Shown here piece after piece: positions 18,197-28,203 of a stretch of DNA of 64,000 nucleotides. Each line of letters starts with the position of its first letter. The first letter of the stretch is position 1. Under the pieces are notes generated by a model. The model was not told the origin of the DNA and ran no database searches. It was given only the letters and a program-made list of their open reading frames with translations. The position numbers were made by a program, and so were the translations under genes. The DNA comes from Longimicrobiales bacterium (GTDB taxonomy: Bacteria; Gemmatimonadota; Gemmatimonadetes; Longimicrobiales; Gaopeijiaceae), in contig OZ242008.1 in assembly GCA_965204735.1 (NCBI GenBank), forward strand, positions 1,376,001 through 1,440,000. The letters run 5' to 3'.

Positions 18197-19584
18197 GCGC
18201 TCCGGCGTTCGCCTGGAGCGACTCCCAGCTTCGGCGGGCGCTCGGGCTCGGCGACGGCGATCCGGCGGAGCGCTACCGAGGCGTCTCCACGGACACCCGC
18301 TCCCTTCGTCCCGGCGACGTGTTCGTGGCGCTGCAGGGCGACCGCTTCGACGGCCACGACTTCGTCGACGCGGCCGTCGCGGCGGGGTGCGGGGCGGTGA
18401 TCGCCTCGCGGCCCCTGGACCTGCCCGTTCCCGTCCTTCGCGTTGCCGACACCCTCGCGGCCTTGGGCGACTTGGCCCGGCGCCGCCGGGAGCACGAGGC
18501 CGACCTCCCGGTGGTCGGCATCACGGGATCGTCGGGAAAGACGACGGTGAAGGACCTGACGCTGGGCGCCCTTGCCTCCCTGCCGGGCGTCCACGGCACC
18601 AGGGCCAACAACAACAACCGGATCGGACTCCCCCTGACGGTCCTGGAAATGCCGAACGAGCCCCGGACTCCCCCGGCCTCTCGCCCGCTGGTGCTGGAGA
18701 TGGGCGCCAGCGAGCCGGGCGAGATCGCCGAGCTGGCGCGGATCGCGAGACCCACGGCGGGGGTGGTCACCACCGTGTCCGAGACCCACGTGGAACGGCT
18801 GACGAGCTTGGCGGGCGTCATGGCCGAGAAGCTGGACCTGATCCGGGCGCTGGCACCGAACGCGCCGGCGGTGGTGGGCGACGAGCCCCCGGCCCTGGCG
18901 GAGGAAGCCCGGGCGCTTCGTCCGGACGTGGCCGTGGCCGGGTGGTCGGAGCGCGCCGACCCGGCACTGCGTCCCTCCCAGGCCCGGGTCGGCGCCGACG
19001 GCGCGTGGTCCTTCGAGTGGCGCGGACGCACCGTGGCCCTCCGCATCCCCGGCGCCCACAACGTCGGCAACGCGCTCCTGGCCCTGGCGGTGTCGCGCTT
19101 CCTGGGCGTGTCCGGCGACGAGGCCGCCGCCGGCGTGTCGGCGGTCGGCCCCGGGGCCATGCGAAACGAAGTGCGCCGGGTGGGCGACGTGACCCTCCTG
19201 GTGGATTGCTACAACGCCAATGCGGCGAGCGTGTCGGCGGCGGTCTCCACGCTGGAAGCGCTGGAGACCCCCGGCCGGAAGGTGGCGGTCCTGGGAACGA
19301 TGCTGGAGCTGGGGACGCGCTCCTGCGCCATTCACCGGGAAGCGCTGGACCACGCGCTTAAGACCGGAATCGATCGGTTCGTGCTCACCGGCGCCTTCGC
19401 CAGCGCCGCCAGGCGAGTCTCGGACGCCCGCGTCCATCTGGTGGAGCGAGTCGAGGAGCTGGCGGAGCGCCTTCCAAGGCTCGTCGCGCCCGGCGACGCG
19501 GTCCTTCTCAAGGCTTCGCGGGGCGTGCGGCTGGAAGAAGCGATCCCGGCCCTGGAGTCCTCCTTCGGCGAGGCTCGGGTCTGA
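18193..19584 (+). CDS. murF: UDP-MurNAc-pentapeptide synthetase MurF
   Basis: STDTR, FDGHDF, GITGSSGKTT.K, NN.IGLP, D.YNAN, G.MLELG, LLKASRG. Confidence 0.95.
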   Translation: MSAPAFAWSDSQLRRALGLGDGDPAERYRGVSTDTRSLRPGDVFVALQGDRFDGHDFVDAAVAAGCGAVIASRPLDLPVPVLRVADTLAALGDLARRRREHEADLPVVGITGSSGKTTVKDLTLGALASLPGVHGTRANNNNRIGLPLTVLEMPNEPRTPPASRPLVLEMGASEPGEIAELARIARPTAGVVTTVSETHVERLTSLAGVMAEKLDLIRALAPNAPAVVGDEPPALAEEARALRPDVAVAGWSERADPALRPSQARVGADGAWSFEWRGRTVALRIPGAHNVGNALLALAVSRFLGVSGDEAAAGVSAVGPGAMRNEVRRVGDVTLLVDCYNANAASVSAAVSTLEALETPGRKVAVLGTMLELGTRSCAIHREALDHALKTGIDRFVLTGAFASAARRVSDARVHLVERVEELAERLPRLVAPGDAVLLKASRGVRLEEAIPALESSFGEARV

Positions 19585-20693
19585 TGCTCTACCACCTGCT
19601 TCCCCGCTTCGACGACTTCAGCATCGTCTTCAACCTCTTCAACTACATCACCGTGCGCTCCGCCGGCGCCCTCGTCACGGGACTGCTCCTGACGCTGATG
19701 CTGGGCACGCCGTTCATCCGGGCCCTCCGCGAACGGGGGATCCACGACGTGCCCCGCCTGGGACCCGACGACAAGCCCGTCGCCGTTCCCAAGGCGAACA
19801 TGGGCGGCATCCTCATCGTGGTGTCGTCGGTCGCGTCCACGCTCTTGTGGGCGGAGATGACCAGCGCCTACGTCGTCATCGCATTGGCGACGATGACCTG
19901 GATGGGCGCGCTCGGCTTCCTGGACGACTACCTGAAGGTCGTGCGCAAGACTCCCCGGGGTCTGGTGGAGCGGTACAAGTGGGCCGGGTCGCTGGTCCTC
20001 TGCCTGGCCCTGGGAGCGTACTTGGTGACGTGGCCGCTCTCTCCGCCGGAGACGGGGGCCACCGCCACCAACCTGCCCTTCGTGGACGACTACAAGCTGG
20101 TCTTCGCGGGGTGGTTCTACTTGGCGTGGGTGGCGGTCGTCCTCAACGGCGCGACCCATTCGGTGAACCTGACGGACGGCGTGGACGGCCTCGCCCCCGG
20201 CTTGGCGGCGATCGCCACGAGCACGTACGCCGTCTTCGCGTACCTGATCGGGCGCGTGGACACCTCGGCGTACCTGGGGCTGCTCTACCTGCCGGGCGCC
20301 GGCGAGCTGGCGGTGTTCGCCGCGGCGGTCACCGGCACCGTGCTGGGCTTCCTCTGGTTCAACGCCAAGCCGGCCCAAGTCATCATGGGCGACACGGGCT
20401 CGCTGGCCCTGGGCGGCAGCCTGGGCGCCATGGCCGTGCTCCTCAAGGCCGAAATCCTGTTGATCTTCGTGGGCGGCGTCTTCGTCATGGAGGCCGCCTC
20501 GTCTCTGATCCAGCGGCAGTACTACAAGTACACGCGACGGCGCTTCGGCACGCCCCGCCGCGTCTTCAAGTGCGCTCCCATCCACCACCACTTCCAGATG
20601 CTGGGCTGGAAGGACGAGCAGGTGGTGGTCCGCTTTTGGATTCTGGGAGTGCTCTGCGCAATGGTCGGCTTCGCCACCCTCAAGGTGCGTTGA
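19584..20693 (+). CDS. mraY: Phospho-MurNAc-pentapeptide transferase MraY
   Basis: GFLDDY.K, VNLTDG.DGL, FLWFN..PA...MGDTGSL, APIHHHF; ~10 TM segments. Confidence 0.95.
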   Translation: MLYHLLPRFDDFSIVFNLFNYITVRSAGALVTGLLLTLMLGTPFIRALRERGIHDVPRLGPDDKPVAVPKANMGGILIVVSSVASTLLWAEMTSAYVVIALATMTWMGALGFLDDYLKVVRKTPRGLVERYKWAGSLVLCLALGAYLVTWPLSPPETGATATNLPFVDDYKLVFAGWFYLAWVAVVLNGATHSVNLTDGVDGLAPGLAAIATSTYAVFAYLIGRVDTSAYLGLLYLPGAGELAVFAAAVTGTVLGFLWFNAKPAQVIMGDTGSLALGGSLGAMAVLLKAEILLIFVGGVFVMEAASSLIQRQYYKYTRRRFGTPRRVFKCAPIHHHFQMLGWKDEQVVVRFWILGVLCAMVGFATLKVR

Positions 20694-22156
20694 CGGTTGC
20701 GGTCATCGGGCTGGGCGCGAGCGGAGAGGCCGCCGCGCGCCTGGCACTGGCGAAAGGAGCGGAAGTTCATGTCACGGACGCGAGCGCCAACCCTGCAGTT
20801 GCAGCTCGTGGCGACGTCCTCCGGCGCCTGGGCGCCGACGTCCTTCTGGGAGAGCACGACCCGGAGCGGCTCGTCGCCGCGGACACCGTCGTCGCCAGCC
20901 CGGGCGTCCCGCCCAGCGCTCCAGTGCTCCGAGCCCTCCGCGGTCGGGGCGTCGATTGGGTATCGGAGCCTGAGTTCGCCGGCCGGTTCCTCGAGAGTCC
21001 ACTGATCGTCGTGACCGGCACCAACGGCAAGACCACCACGGCGTCTCTCTGCGCGCACCTCCTTCGGGAGGCGGGCGTCGACGCCGCCCTGGGCGGGAAC
21101 GTGGGCGGCGGCCTGGCGCCTCCGGCCTCGACCCTGGCCGTCCGAGACCCGGCGCCGGAACGGGTCGTGCTGGAGCTGTCCTCCTTCCAGCTTGCGGGCG
21201 TGCGGGAGCTTTCGCCGGCCGTTGGGGTCGTGACCAACCTGGGGGTCGACCACCTGGACCGGTACGGCTCGGTGGCCGAGTACCACCGGGACAAGCGGCG
21301 GCTCTTCGAGGCGGGCGGCCAGGACACGACGTGGGTGCTCAACGGCGACGATCCGGCGGTAGAAGAGATGGCGGCCCCGTTCCCCGGCTCCCGGCTCCGG
21401 TTCTCGCTGGAGGGACGGGCGGTGCCGGGAGCGTGGCTCGAGGACGGGGAGCTGATGATCGACGCCGGGGCCGGAGCGAAGGCTCTCGGGGCGCCGACCC
21501 GCGGCAGCGCGGAGAGGTCGAGCGGCGCTTCGACGGAGCGGCCGGGTCCGCTGCGGATCGGCCGGGCTTCGGCCCTGCGCCTGCCGGGCCGCCACAACGT
21601 GGCCAACGCCCTCGCCGCGGCCCTCGCCGCCGCCGCCGCGGGGGCGGACCCGGCTTCCTTCGATGCCGCCCTCGCCGCCTTCGCTCCGCTGCCTCACCGC
21701 ATGGAGCCCGTCGGAAGCTTCGACGGAGTCCTCTGGATCAACGACTCCAAGGCCACCAACGTCGCCGCCTGCGCCAGTGCGCTCGCAGGGCTGGAGGGGC
21801 CGCTGGTGCTTCTTCTGGGCGGCGCCGAGAAGGGCGAGGAGTTCGGCGAGCTTGCTCCGGCGATGGAAGGCAAGGTGCGGGGCGTGGTGGCCTACGGGGC
21901 TGCCGGACCCCGGGCGGCCGCCGAGCTGCGTTCGGCCGCCGCCGAGCGCCGCCCGGTCGCCCGCGGCGCCTTCGTCGTGGAGGAGGTGGAGGGCGGCTTC
22001 CGCGACGCCGTGGCCCGGGGACGCTCCCTGGCCCAGCCGGGAGACGCGCTCCTTCTGTCGCCCGCCTGCCCCAGCTTCGACATGTTCCGCGACTACCGGG
22101 AGCGGGGCCGGGTCTTCCGGTCCCTGGCCGCGGGCGGGGACGCCGCCGCGCGATGA
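20690..22156 (+). CDS. murD: UDP-MurNAc-L-Ala:D-Glu ligase MurD
   Basis: TTG start overlapping the mraY stop; GLGASG, SPGVP, TGTNGKTT, GNVG, ELSSFQL, DHLDRY, NDSKATN, LLSPAC.SFD.F. Confidence 0.95.
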   Translation: MTVAVIGLGASGEAAARLALAKGAEVHVTDASANPAVAARGDVLRRLGADVLLGEHDPERLVAADTVVASPGVPPSAPVLRALRGRGVDWVSEPEFAGRFLESPLIVVTGTNGKTTTASLCAHLLREAGVDAALGGNVGGGLAPPASTLAVRDPAPERVVLELSSFQLAGVRELSPAVGVVTNLGVDHLDRYGSVAEYHRDKRRLFEAGGQDTTWVLNGDDPAVEEMAAPFPGSRLRFSLEGRAVPGAWLEDGELMIDAGAGAKALGAPTRGSAERSSGASTERPGPLRIGRASALRLPGRHNVANALAAALAAAAAGADPASFDAALAAFAPLPHRMEPVGSFDGVLWINDSKATNVAACASALAGLEGPLVLLLGGAEKGEEFGELAPAMEGKVRGVVAYGAAGPRAAAELRSAAAERRPVARGAFVVEEVEGGFRDAVARGRSLAQPGDALLLSPACPSFDMFRDYRERGRVFRSLAAGGDAAAR

Positions 22157-22214
22157 CGGCCAGGAGCCTGCCCCTTCGTCGCCCGGCCGGCCGTCGCCGC
22201 CCGCAGGGAGGTTC

Positions 22215-23399
22215 GTGGGGACGGGACGTGGCGCCCCCGCCTCCCCGCTCCCTGCCGGACCCTGGAGTGGGTCAGGGTGGGAAGCGTCGGCGGTGCTGGC
22301 CCTGACGGCGCTCCTTCTCCTCTTCGGGCTGTTGACCTTGTACAGCGCCAGCTCGGTCATGGCTCAGCGCAGCGGCTTGCCCCACTACCACTACGTGGCC
22401 CGCCAGGGCGTGGGGGTGGCGGCGGGCGTGGCCGTGCTGGCGGGCTGCGCCCGAGTGCCGTCGTGCTGGTGGCGGCGGCTGGCCACGCCGATGATGGTCG
22501 CGTCGGGGCTGCTGCTGATCGTCCTCGTGCTGCCCTTCACCGAATCGATTGCGCCTCCCGTCAACGGCGCCCGGCGCTGGCTGCGGGTGGGCGTCGCGGT
22601 TCAGCCCTCGGACCTGGCCAAGCTGGCGGTGGTGGTGTGGACCGCGGCGATGGCGGTGAAGAAGCAGGACCACTTCCGAGGGTTGGGCCGGGGACTCGGA
22701 CCGTTCCTGGTGGGGTGGAGCTTCATCGCGGTTCCGATCGTGCTGGAGCCCGACTTCTCCACCGCCTGCATGATCGTCGCCGTCGGGGCGCTGATCGTCT
22801 TCGTGGCCGGGGCGCGCTTGGGGCACTTCGCGTTCCTGAGCGCGCTGCTGGCGCCGCTGGCGGCCGCGACGCTGCGGGAGGGCTATCGGGGCTCCCGCTG
22901 GGAGTCGCTCTTCCTGAACCCCGGCGCGTCGCCGGAGGGTTCGGCGTTCCAGAGCTACCAGAGCTTGGTGGCGATCGGGTCGGGCGGCGTCGCCGGCGTC
23001 GGGTTCGGCAAGAGCCGGCAGAAGTTCGGCTTCCTTCCCGAGGCCCACAACGACTTCATCTTCGCGATGATCGGCGAAGAGTGGGGCTTCCTGGGCGCGG
23101 TGGCGGTGATCCTGGCGTTCGCGGCGCTGGTGGTGGTCGGCTTCCGAGTGGCGCGCCGCGCCAAGGACCTCTTCAGCGAGCTGCTGGCCGTGGGCGTCAC
23201 GTCCCTGCTGGCCGTCCAGGCGTTCTTCCACGTCGGCGTCGGGCTGGGAGTCTTCCCGGCGACGGGGCTCTCGCTGCCCTTCGTCTCCTACGGCCGAACC
23301 AACGTGATCGTGGTGCTGGCGTCGGTGGGGATCCTCCTGGCGGTGGCCCGGGAAGCCCCGGAAGGGCGCCTGGAGCGGACCGAGAAAGGAGGCGGGTAG
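22215..23399 (+). CDS. ftsW: SEDS peptidoglycan polymerase FtsW
   Basis: GTG after GGGAGG; YSAS, NGARRWL, QPSD.AK, EPDF, GSGG..G.G.G.S.QK..FLPEAHNDFIF, TG..LPFVSYG. Confidence 0.92.
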   Translation: MGTGRGAPASPLPAGPWSGSGWEASAVLALTALLLLFGLLTLYSASSVMAQRSGLPHYHYVARQGVGVAAGVAVLAGCARVPSCWWRRLATPMMVASGLLLIVLVLPFTESIAPPVNGARRWLRVGVAVQPSDLAKLAVVVWTAAMAVKKQDHFRGLGRGLGPFLVGWSFIAVPIVLEPDFSTACMIVAVGALIVFVAGARLGHFAFLSALLAPLAAATLREGYRGSRWESLFLNPGASPEGSAFQSYQSLVAIGSGGVAGVGFGKSRQKFGFLPEAHNDFIFAMIGEEWGFLGAVAVILAFAALVVVGFRVARRAKDLFSELLAVGVTSLLAVQAFFHVGVGLGVFPATGLSLPFVSYGRTNVIVVLASVGILLAVAREAPEGRLERTEKGGG

Positions 23400-23401
23400 C
23401 A

Positions 23402-24634
23402 GTGGTGGTCGTGTTCTCGGGCGGCGGGACCGCCGGGCACCTCTACCCGGCCGTGGCCGTCGCCGGCGCCCTCGTCGACGAGCTGCCCCGCGCCGAGCCG
23501 TTCTTCGTGGGAAGCGAGGACCGGATCGAAGCCCGCGAGCTGCCCAAGCTGGGGCATCCGTACCTGCTCGTGCGAGTTCGGGGGCTCCGGCGCCCCTTGC
23601 GCGAGGCTCGCAGGGCAGCGGGAAGAGGGGCCAAGGCGGCCCGCTTCCTGGGCGCCCTGGCGGGGAACGCGACGGCAGTGTGGCTCCTGTCGGCGGCGGT
23701 GGCCCGGCTGGTTCCCGAGTTCCGTCGGCGCCGGGCCAAGGTGGTCGTGCTCACGGGCGGATACGTGGCCGCGCCGGCAGGGATAGCCGGACGGCTGACG
23801 GGGCTGCCGGTGGTCGTGCAGGAGCAGAACCTGCACCCGGGCGTGGTCACCCGGCTGACGTCGCGGTGGGCGGCGGAGGTTCACTTGGCCTACCCCGAGG
23901 CGAAGGAGGCGCTCCCTCGTCGGGCTCGGCGACGAGTCCGGGACAGCGGCAACCCGATCCGTCCCCTTCCGCCGATCTCCGAGCGGGACAAGAAGGCGGC
24001 TCGCGCGGCGCTGAAGCTGCCGGCGAACGCGGTGGTCGTGCTGGTGGTCGGCGGCAGTCAGGGCGCCCGGGCGCTGAACCGGGCGACGATCGAGGCGCTC
24101 CGCGAGGAGCTGCCGGGCGATCGCGAGTTCGTCTTGTGGGTCACGGGCCCAACCGACCATCGGCGCGCCGCGGCCGCGCTGGCGGAGCGCGGCGTCGAGG
24201 GCGCCCGCGCCGTGCCCTACCTGCGGCCCCGAGAGATGTACCAAGCCCTGGCGGCAGCCGACTTGGCGGTCTCCCGCGCCGGCGCCATGACCACCTCGGA
24301 GTTCCTGGCGTGGGGCCTGCCGTCGGTGCTCGTTCCCTTGCCGACCGCGGCCGAAGACCACCAGACCCGGAACGCCCTGGCGCTGGAAGCCGCCGGCGCG
24401 GCCGTCCACCTGCCCGAGAACGATCCCGCGGAGGGGCGTCTCACCGGACGGCGTCTGTGGGCCCGCGTGGCCCGGCTCCTGGCGCCCGACTCCGACGCCC
24501 TGGCCCGAATGTCGGAGGCCGCCCGACGCAGGGCTCGGCCGGAGGCGGCTCGGGAGATCGCGGCGGCGGTGGCTCGCCTGGCGGCGCCGTCCCGCCCGGT
24601 CGCGGCGGCGGCCGCCGGGGAGAAGGCGACGTGA
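23402..24634 (+). CDS. murG: Undecaprenyl-PP-MurNAc-pentapeptide GlcNAc transferase MurG
   Basis: GGGTAGHLYP, GGY, EQN..PG, GNPIR, GGSQGA, SRAGA.T, HQ..NA. Confidence 0.95.
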   Translation: MVVVFSGGGTAGHLYPAVAVAGALVDELPRAEPFFVGSEDRIEARELPKLGHPYLLVRVRGLRRPLREARRAAGRGAKAARFLGALAGNATAVWLLSAAVARLVPEFRRRRAKVVVLTGGYVAAPAGIAGRLTGLPVVVQEQNLHPGVVTRLTSRWAAEVHLAYPEAKEALPRRARRRVRDSGNPIRPLPPISERDKKAARAALKLPANAVVVLVVGGSQGARALNRATIEALREELPGDREFVLWVTGPTDHRRAAAALAERGVEGARAVPYLRPREMYQALAAADLAVSRAGAMTTSEFLAWGLPSVLVPLPTAAEDHQTRNALALEAAGAAVHLPENDPAEGRLTGRRLWARVARLLAPDSDALARMSEAARRRARPEAAREIAAAVARLAAPSRPVAAAAAGEKAT

Positions 24635-26025
24635 CCGGCTTCCGGAAGCTGGCCGCCCAAGGTCCCGTTCACTTCATGGGCGTGGGGGGCGCCGGGATGG
24701 CGCCGCTGGCCGAGCTGGTCCTGCGCGCCGGCGGCTGCGTCTCGGGGTGCGACTTGACGGAGGGACCCGCCGTGGCCGGGCTGACGGCCAAGGGCATGAA
24801 GTTCCACCTGGGGCACGATCCGTCCCACGTGGCCGGCGCCGCCGCCCTGGTGGTCACCTCGGCGGTTCCGGCGGACCACCCGGAGCCGGCTGCGGCGCAG
24901 GCGGCGGGAGTGCCCGTCCTGAAGCGCGCCGAAGCGCTGGGCCAATGGGTGGACCAGGGCACGGTCGTGGGAGTCGCCGGCACCCACGGCAAGACCACCA
25001 CGACTGCGATGGCGACGCACGTGCTGGAGCGGGCTGGGCTCGATCCCACCGGGGTCGTCGGCGGACACGTGCCGTCGTGGGGCGGGAACCTCCGGCCCGG
25101 CGGCTCCCAGGTGTTCGTGGTGGAAGCGGACGAGTACGACCGCTCCTTCCTCTCCCTGCGGCCGCAGGTGGCGGTCGTCACCAACGTCGAGGCGGACCAC
25201 CTCGACACCTACGGCGACCTGAAGGGCGTCCGCTCGGCGTTCGCGGCCTTCGCCGAGCAGGTGGCCTCCGACGGCGTGGTGTGGGCGTGCGCCGACGACT
25301 CCGGGGCGGCCCGGGTGGGCGTGGCCGCCGGGGAGCGCGCCCGAAGCTACGGGCTCTCTGCCGGGGCCCAGCTGCGCGCGGTGGACGTCCGCTTCGCGGG
25401 AACCGGAAGCGCCTTCGCCGTGATCGAGGACGGGAAGCGGGCCGGGGAGCTGGTCGTGCCGGCGCCGGGCGTCCACAACGTCCGCAACGCCTTGGCGGCC
25501 GCAGGCGTGGGGCGGTCCCTGGGCGCGGCGTGGTCCCGCATCCGCGACGCCTTGGCTTCCTTCCCGGGCGTGGAGCGGCGCTACCAGCTCCTGGGCGACG
25601 CCGCCGGAGTCACGGTGATCGACGACTACGCCCACCATCCCACCGAGGTCGCGGCCACCTTGGCGGCGGCCCGCCGCGCCAACCCGGACCGGCGCCTGGT
25701 GGCGGTCTTCCAGCCCCACCTCTACAGCCGCACCCGGGACTTCTTTCAGCAGTTCGGTCAAGCCTTGGGCGCCGCCGACGCCGTTTGGGTAACCGACGTG
25801 TACCCGGCCCGGGAGCCCCCCCTGCCGGGCGTCGACGGCGAGATCGTGGCCGACGCGGTAGCGGGTCGGGCATCCCGCGTCGCGTACCACCCCGAGCTGG
25901 CCACGCTTGCGCCTCCGGTAGCCCGGGAACTGGCGCCCGGCGACGTGTGCGTGGTCATGGGCGCCGGGTCGATCGAAGGCGCCGGTCGCGAGATCCTGTC
26001 CCTTCTGCGGGAGCGCGCCCCATGA
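24631..26025 (+). CDS. murC: UDP-MurNAc:L-Ala ligase MurC
   Basis: HFMGVGGAGM, AGTHGKTTT, EADEYDRSFL, DHLD.Y, DDYAHHPTE, FQPHLYSRT. Confidence 0.96.
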   Translation: MTGFRKLAAQGPVHFMGVGGAGMAPLAELVLRAGGCVSGCDLTEGPAVAGLTAKGMKFHLGHDPSHVAGAAALVVTSAVPADHPEPAAAQAAGVPVLKRAEALGQWVDQGTVVGVAGTHGKTTTTAMATHVLERAGLDPTGVVGGHVPSWGGNLRPGGSQVFVVEADEYDRSFLSLRPQVAVVTNVEADHLDTYGDLKGVRSAFAAFAEQVASDGVVWACADDSGAARVGVAAGERARSYGLSAGAQLRAVDVRFAGTGSAFAVIEDGKRAGELVVPAPGVHNVRNALAAAGVGRSLGAAWSRIRDALASFPGVERRYQLLGDAAGVTVIDDYAHHPTEVAATLAAARRANPDRRLVAVFQPHLYSRTRDFFQQFGQALGAADAVWVTDVYPAREPPLPGVDGEIVADAVAGRASRVAYHPELATLAPPVARELAPGDVCVVMGAGSIEGAGREILSLLRERAP

Positions 26026-26930
26026 TCGGCGGTCGTCGTCGCCGTCCCCGGCTGGGTCCGCAGGAGCCGCGCGCCGCGAAGCTCCCCGCGACCGCCCGCC
26101 GCGCCGCCGGGTCGAACCACCGCCGGGCAAGCCGGGCCTCCGGCGCCGCGAAGCTCCCCGCGACCGCCCGCCGTCCGCCTCGCCGCCTCGCCGCTCGCCG
26201 CCTCGCTGCTCGCGCCGGCGCCTTCCTGGCGGCCGCCGCCCTGGCGGTACTTCTCTTCCGCTTCGCCGCCGGCATCGTCTCGGGTCTTCCGTACTTCGAA
26301 GTGGACGAGGTGCAGGTCGAGGGCGCCGTCTACCTGACGCGAGACGAGGTGCGGGCTGCGGCCGGCGTCGCCTCCGGCGCCAACCTGTGGGATTCCAAGA
26401 GCGGGTGGGTGGAGGGTATCGAGGCGCACCCGATGGTCAAGCTCGCTGAAGTTCGGCGTCGCCCGCCCTCCACCCTCCTGGTCCGCGTCGAGGAGCTGGT
26501 GCCCGTGGCCCTGATGGCGTCGCCCCTGGTCGAGGCCGTGGACGCGGGGGGCGCCCCGATCCCCGTGGATCCGTCGAACCCGGTGCTCGACCTGCCTCTG
26601 ATCCGGGTCCCGGGCGCCGATTCCGCAGGCGCTTCCTACGGCGTCGCCGTGCTGGCCGGCGAAATGCAGCGGATGGGCGGTCTCGCGCCGGAGGTGTTCT
26701 CGGTCGTCTCCGAGGCGCACTGGGAGGACGGCCTGGTCACTCTCTTCCTGGGCGACTCGGGACCGCGCATCCGGTACCGCCCCCCGCTCTCGGAAGCCCG
26801 GCTGCGGGAAGGGATCGTGGCCATGAACGACGCCTTGGAGCGCTTCCCGGAGCGACCGCCCCGAGAGGTGGACCTCCGCTTCGACGGCCAGGTGGTGGTC
26901 AGAGGCGACGAAGGGGACGGCCCGCCGTGA
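26022..26930 (+). CDS. ftsQ: Cell division protein FtsQ/DivIB
   Basis: Basic N-terminus, TM segment, POTRA-like domain (F.V..V.V.G), C-terminal VDLRF..QVV; located before ftsA. Confidence 0.85.
   Translation: MIGGRRRRPRLGPQEPRAAKLPATARRAAGSNHRRASRASGAAKLPATARRPPRRLAARRLAARAGAFLAAAALAVLLFRFAAGIVSGLPYFEVDEVQVEGAVYLTRDEVRAAAGVASGANLWDSKSGWVEGIEAHPMVKLAEVRRRPPSTLLVRVEELVPVALMASPLVEAVDAGGAPIPVDPSNPVLDLPLIRVPGADSAGASYGVAVLAGEMQRMGGLAPEVFSVVSEAHWEDGLVTLFLGDSGPRIRYRPPLSEARLREGIVAMNDALERFPERPPREVDLRFDGQVVVRGDEGDGPP
26071..26173 (+). repeat. 31-bp direct repeat in the 5' end of ftsQ (AAKLPATARR twice)
   Basis: GCGCCGCGAAGCTCCCCGCGACCGCCCGCCG at 26071-26101 and 26143-26173, offset 72 bp. Confidence 0.9.
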
Positions 26931-28156
26931 GGTCCGGCTTGATCGCGGGACTGGACCTGGGCGCCGCCTGGACCCGCGTGGTCCTAGGGCAGGTCGTCGA
27001 GGAGCGCCACCGTCCCGAAGTGCGGATACTGGGCGTCGGACGCACGCCCACCGAGGGAATGCGGAAGGACGCGGTCACCGACCTGGAGCAAGCCACCGCA
27101 TGCATCCGGCAGTCGGTCAAGGACGCCGAGCTGATGTCGGACGGACGAATCGACCGAGTCCACGTCGGCGTCTCGGGCGACCATGCGGCGACGGAGCGCT
27201 CGGTGGGCGTCGTGGCGGTGGCCGCCGAAGAGATCGTCCGGCGCGACGTGGACCGGGTCCACGACGTGGCCAGGGCGGTGGCGCTTCCCCCCGATCGGGA
27301 GCTGCTCCACGCCTTGCCGCAAGAGTACGTCGTCGACCACCGGCGGGGCGTCAAGGATCCGGTGGGCATGTCCGCGACGCGCCTGGAGACCGATCTCTAC
27401 CTCGTCACGGCGTCGGCGACCGCGCTGGAGAACATCGCCCGAGCCGTGGAGAAGGCGGGGTACCGAGTCGAGAGCCGGATGCTGGAGCCCCTGGCTGCCG
27501 CCCGGGCCGTGCTCACCGAGGACGAGAAGGAGCTGGGCGTGGCCATGATCGACCTCGGCGCCGCCACCACCGGCCTCGCGGTCTACTACGAGGGCGGACT
27601 TCGGGCGCTGGAGGTGTTCTCCTTCGGCGGCGCCGCGATCACCGGCGACCTGATTCGCGGCCTTCAGGTCCCCCACGGAGACGCCAAGCAGATCAAGGAG
27701 TTCCACGGCGCCGCCAGCGCGCGCATCGTGGACCCCCGCGAGATGGTGGAGCTGCCCGTCGCCGCCAACGGACGCAGGCGGTCGGTGGCCCGCCGCTTCG
27801 TCGCCCAGATCATCGAAGAGCGGCTGGAGAGCATGTTCGCGACGATCCGCGAGCGCCTGGAAGGTCTGGGGCCGGGCTCGACGCTGGGGGCGGGAGTGGT
27901 GATCACCGGCGGTGGAGCGGCGATCCCCGGCGCCGCGGGCTTGGCGCAGGAAGCTCTCGCGGCCCCGGTTCGAGTCGGCGTTCCACGGGAAGGGCTCGGC
28001 GGGCTCTTCGACGCCGTGGCGCGGCCCGGCTTCGCCGTGGCGACGGGCCTCGCCCTGGCCGGGGTCGACCGCTTCATGGAGACGGGAGAAGGAGGCTCCA
28101 CCATGACTTCGGGCCTGCTCACCCGGGCCGGCGCCTGGCTCAGGGAGTTCTTCTAG
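26927..28156 (+). CDS. ftsA: Cell division protein FtsA
   Basis: GLDLG, P.GM...RLE, EPLAA..AVL..DEKELGV..IDLG...T, G.VITGGG. Confidence 0.95.
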   Translation: MRSGLIAGLDLGAAWTRVVLGQVVEERHRPEVRILGVGRTPTEGMRKDAVTDLEQATACIRQSVKDAELMSDGRIDRVHVGVSGDHAATERSVGVVAVAAEEIVRRDVDRVHDVARAVALPPDRELLHALPQEYVVDHRRGVKDPVGMSATRLETDLYLVTASATALENIARAVEKAGYRVESRMLEPLAAARAVLTEDEKELGVAMIDLGAATTGLAVYYEGGLRALEVFSFGGAAITGDLIRGLQVPHGDAKQIKEFHGAASARIVDPREMVELPVAANGRRRSVARRFVAQIIEERLESMFATIRERLEGLGPGSTLGAGVVITGGGAAIPGAAGLAQEALAAPVRVGVPREGLGGLFDAVARPGFAVATGLALAGVDRFMETGEGGSTMTSGLLTRAGAWLREFF

Positions 28157-28203
28157 GAGCCGCAGAGTTCACAGCAGAGGGACCACGTCCCAAGGAGCAA
28201 GAG

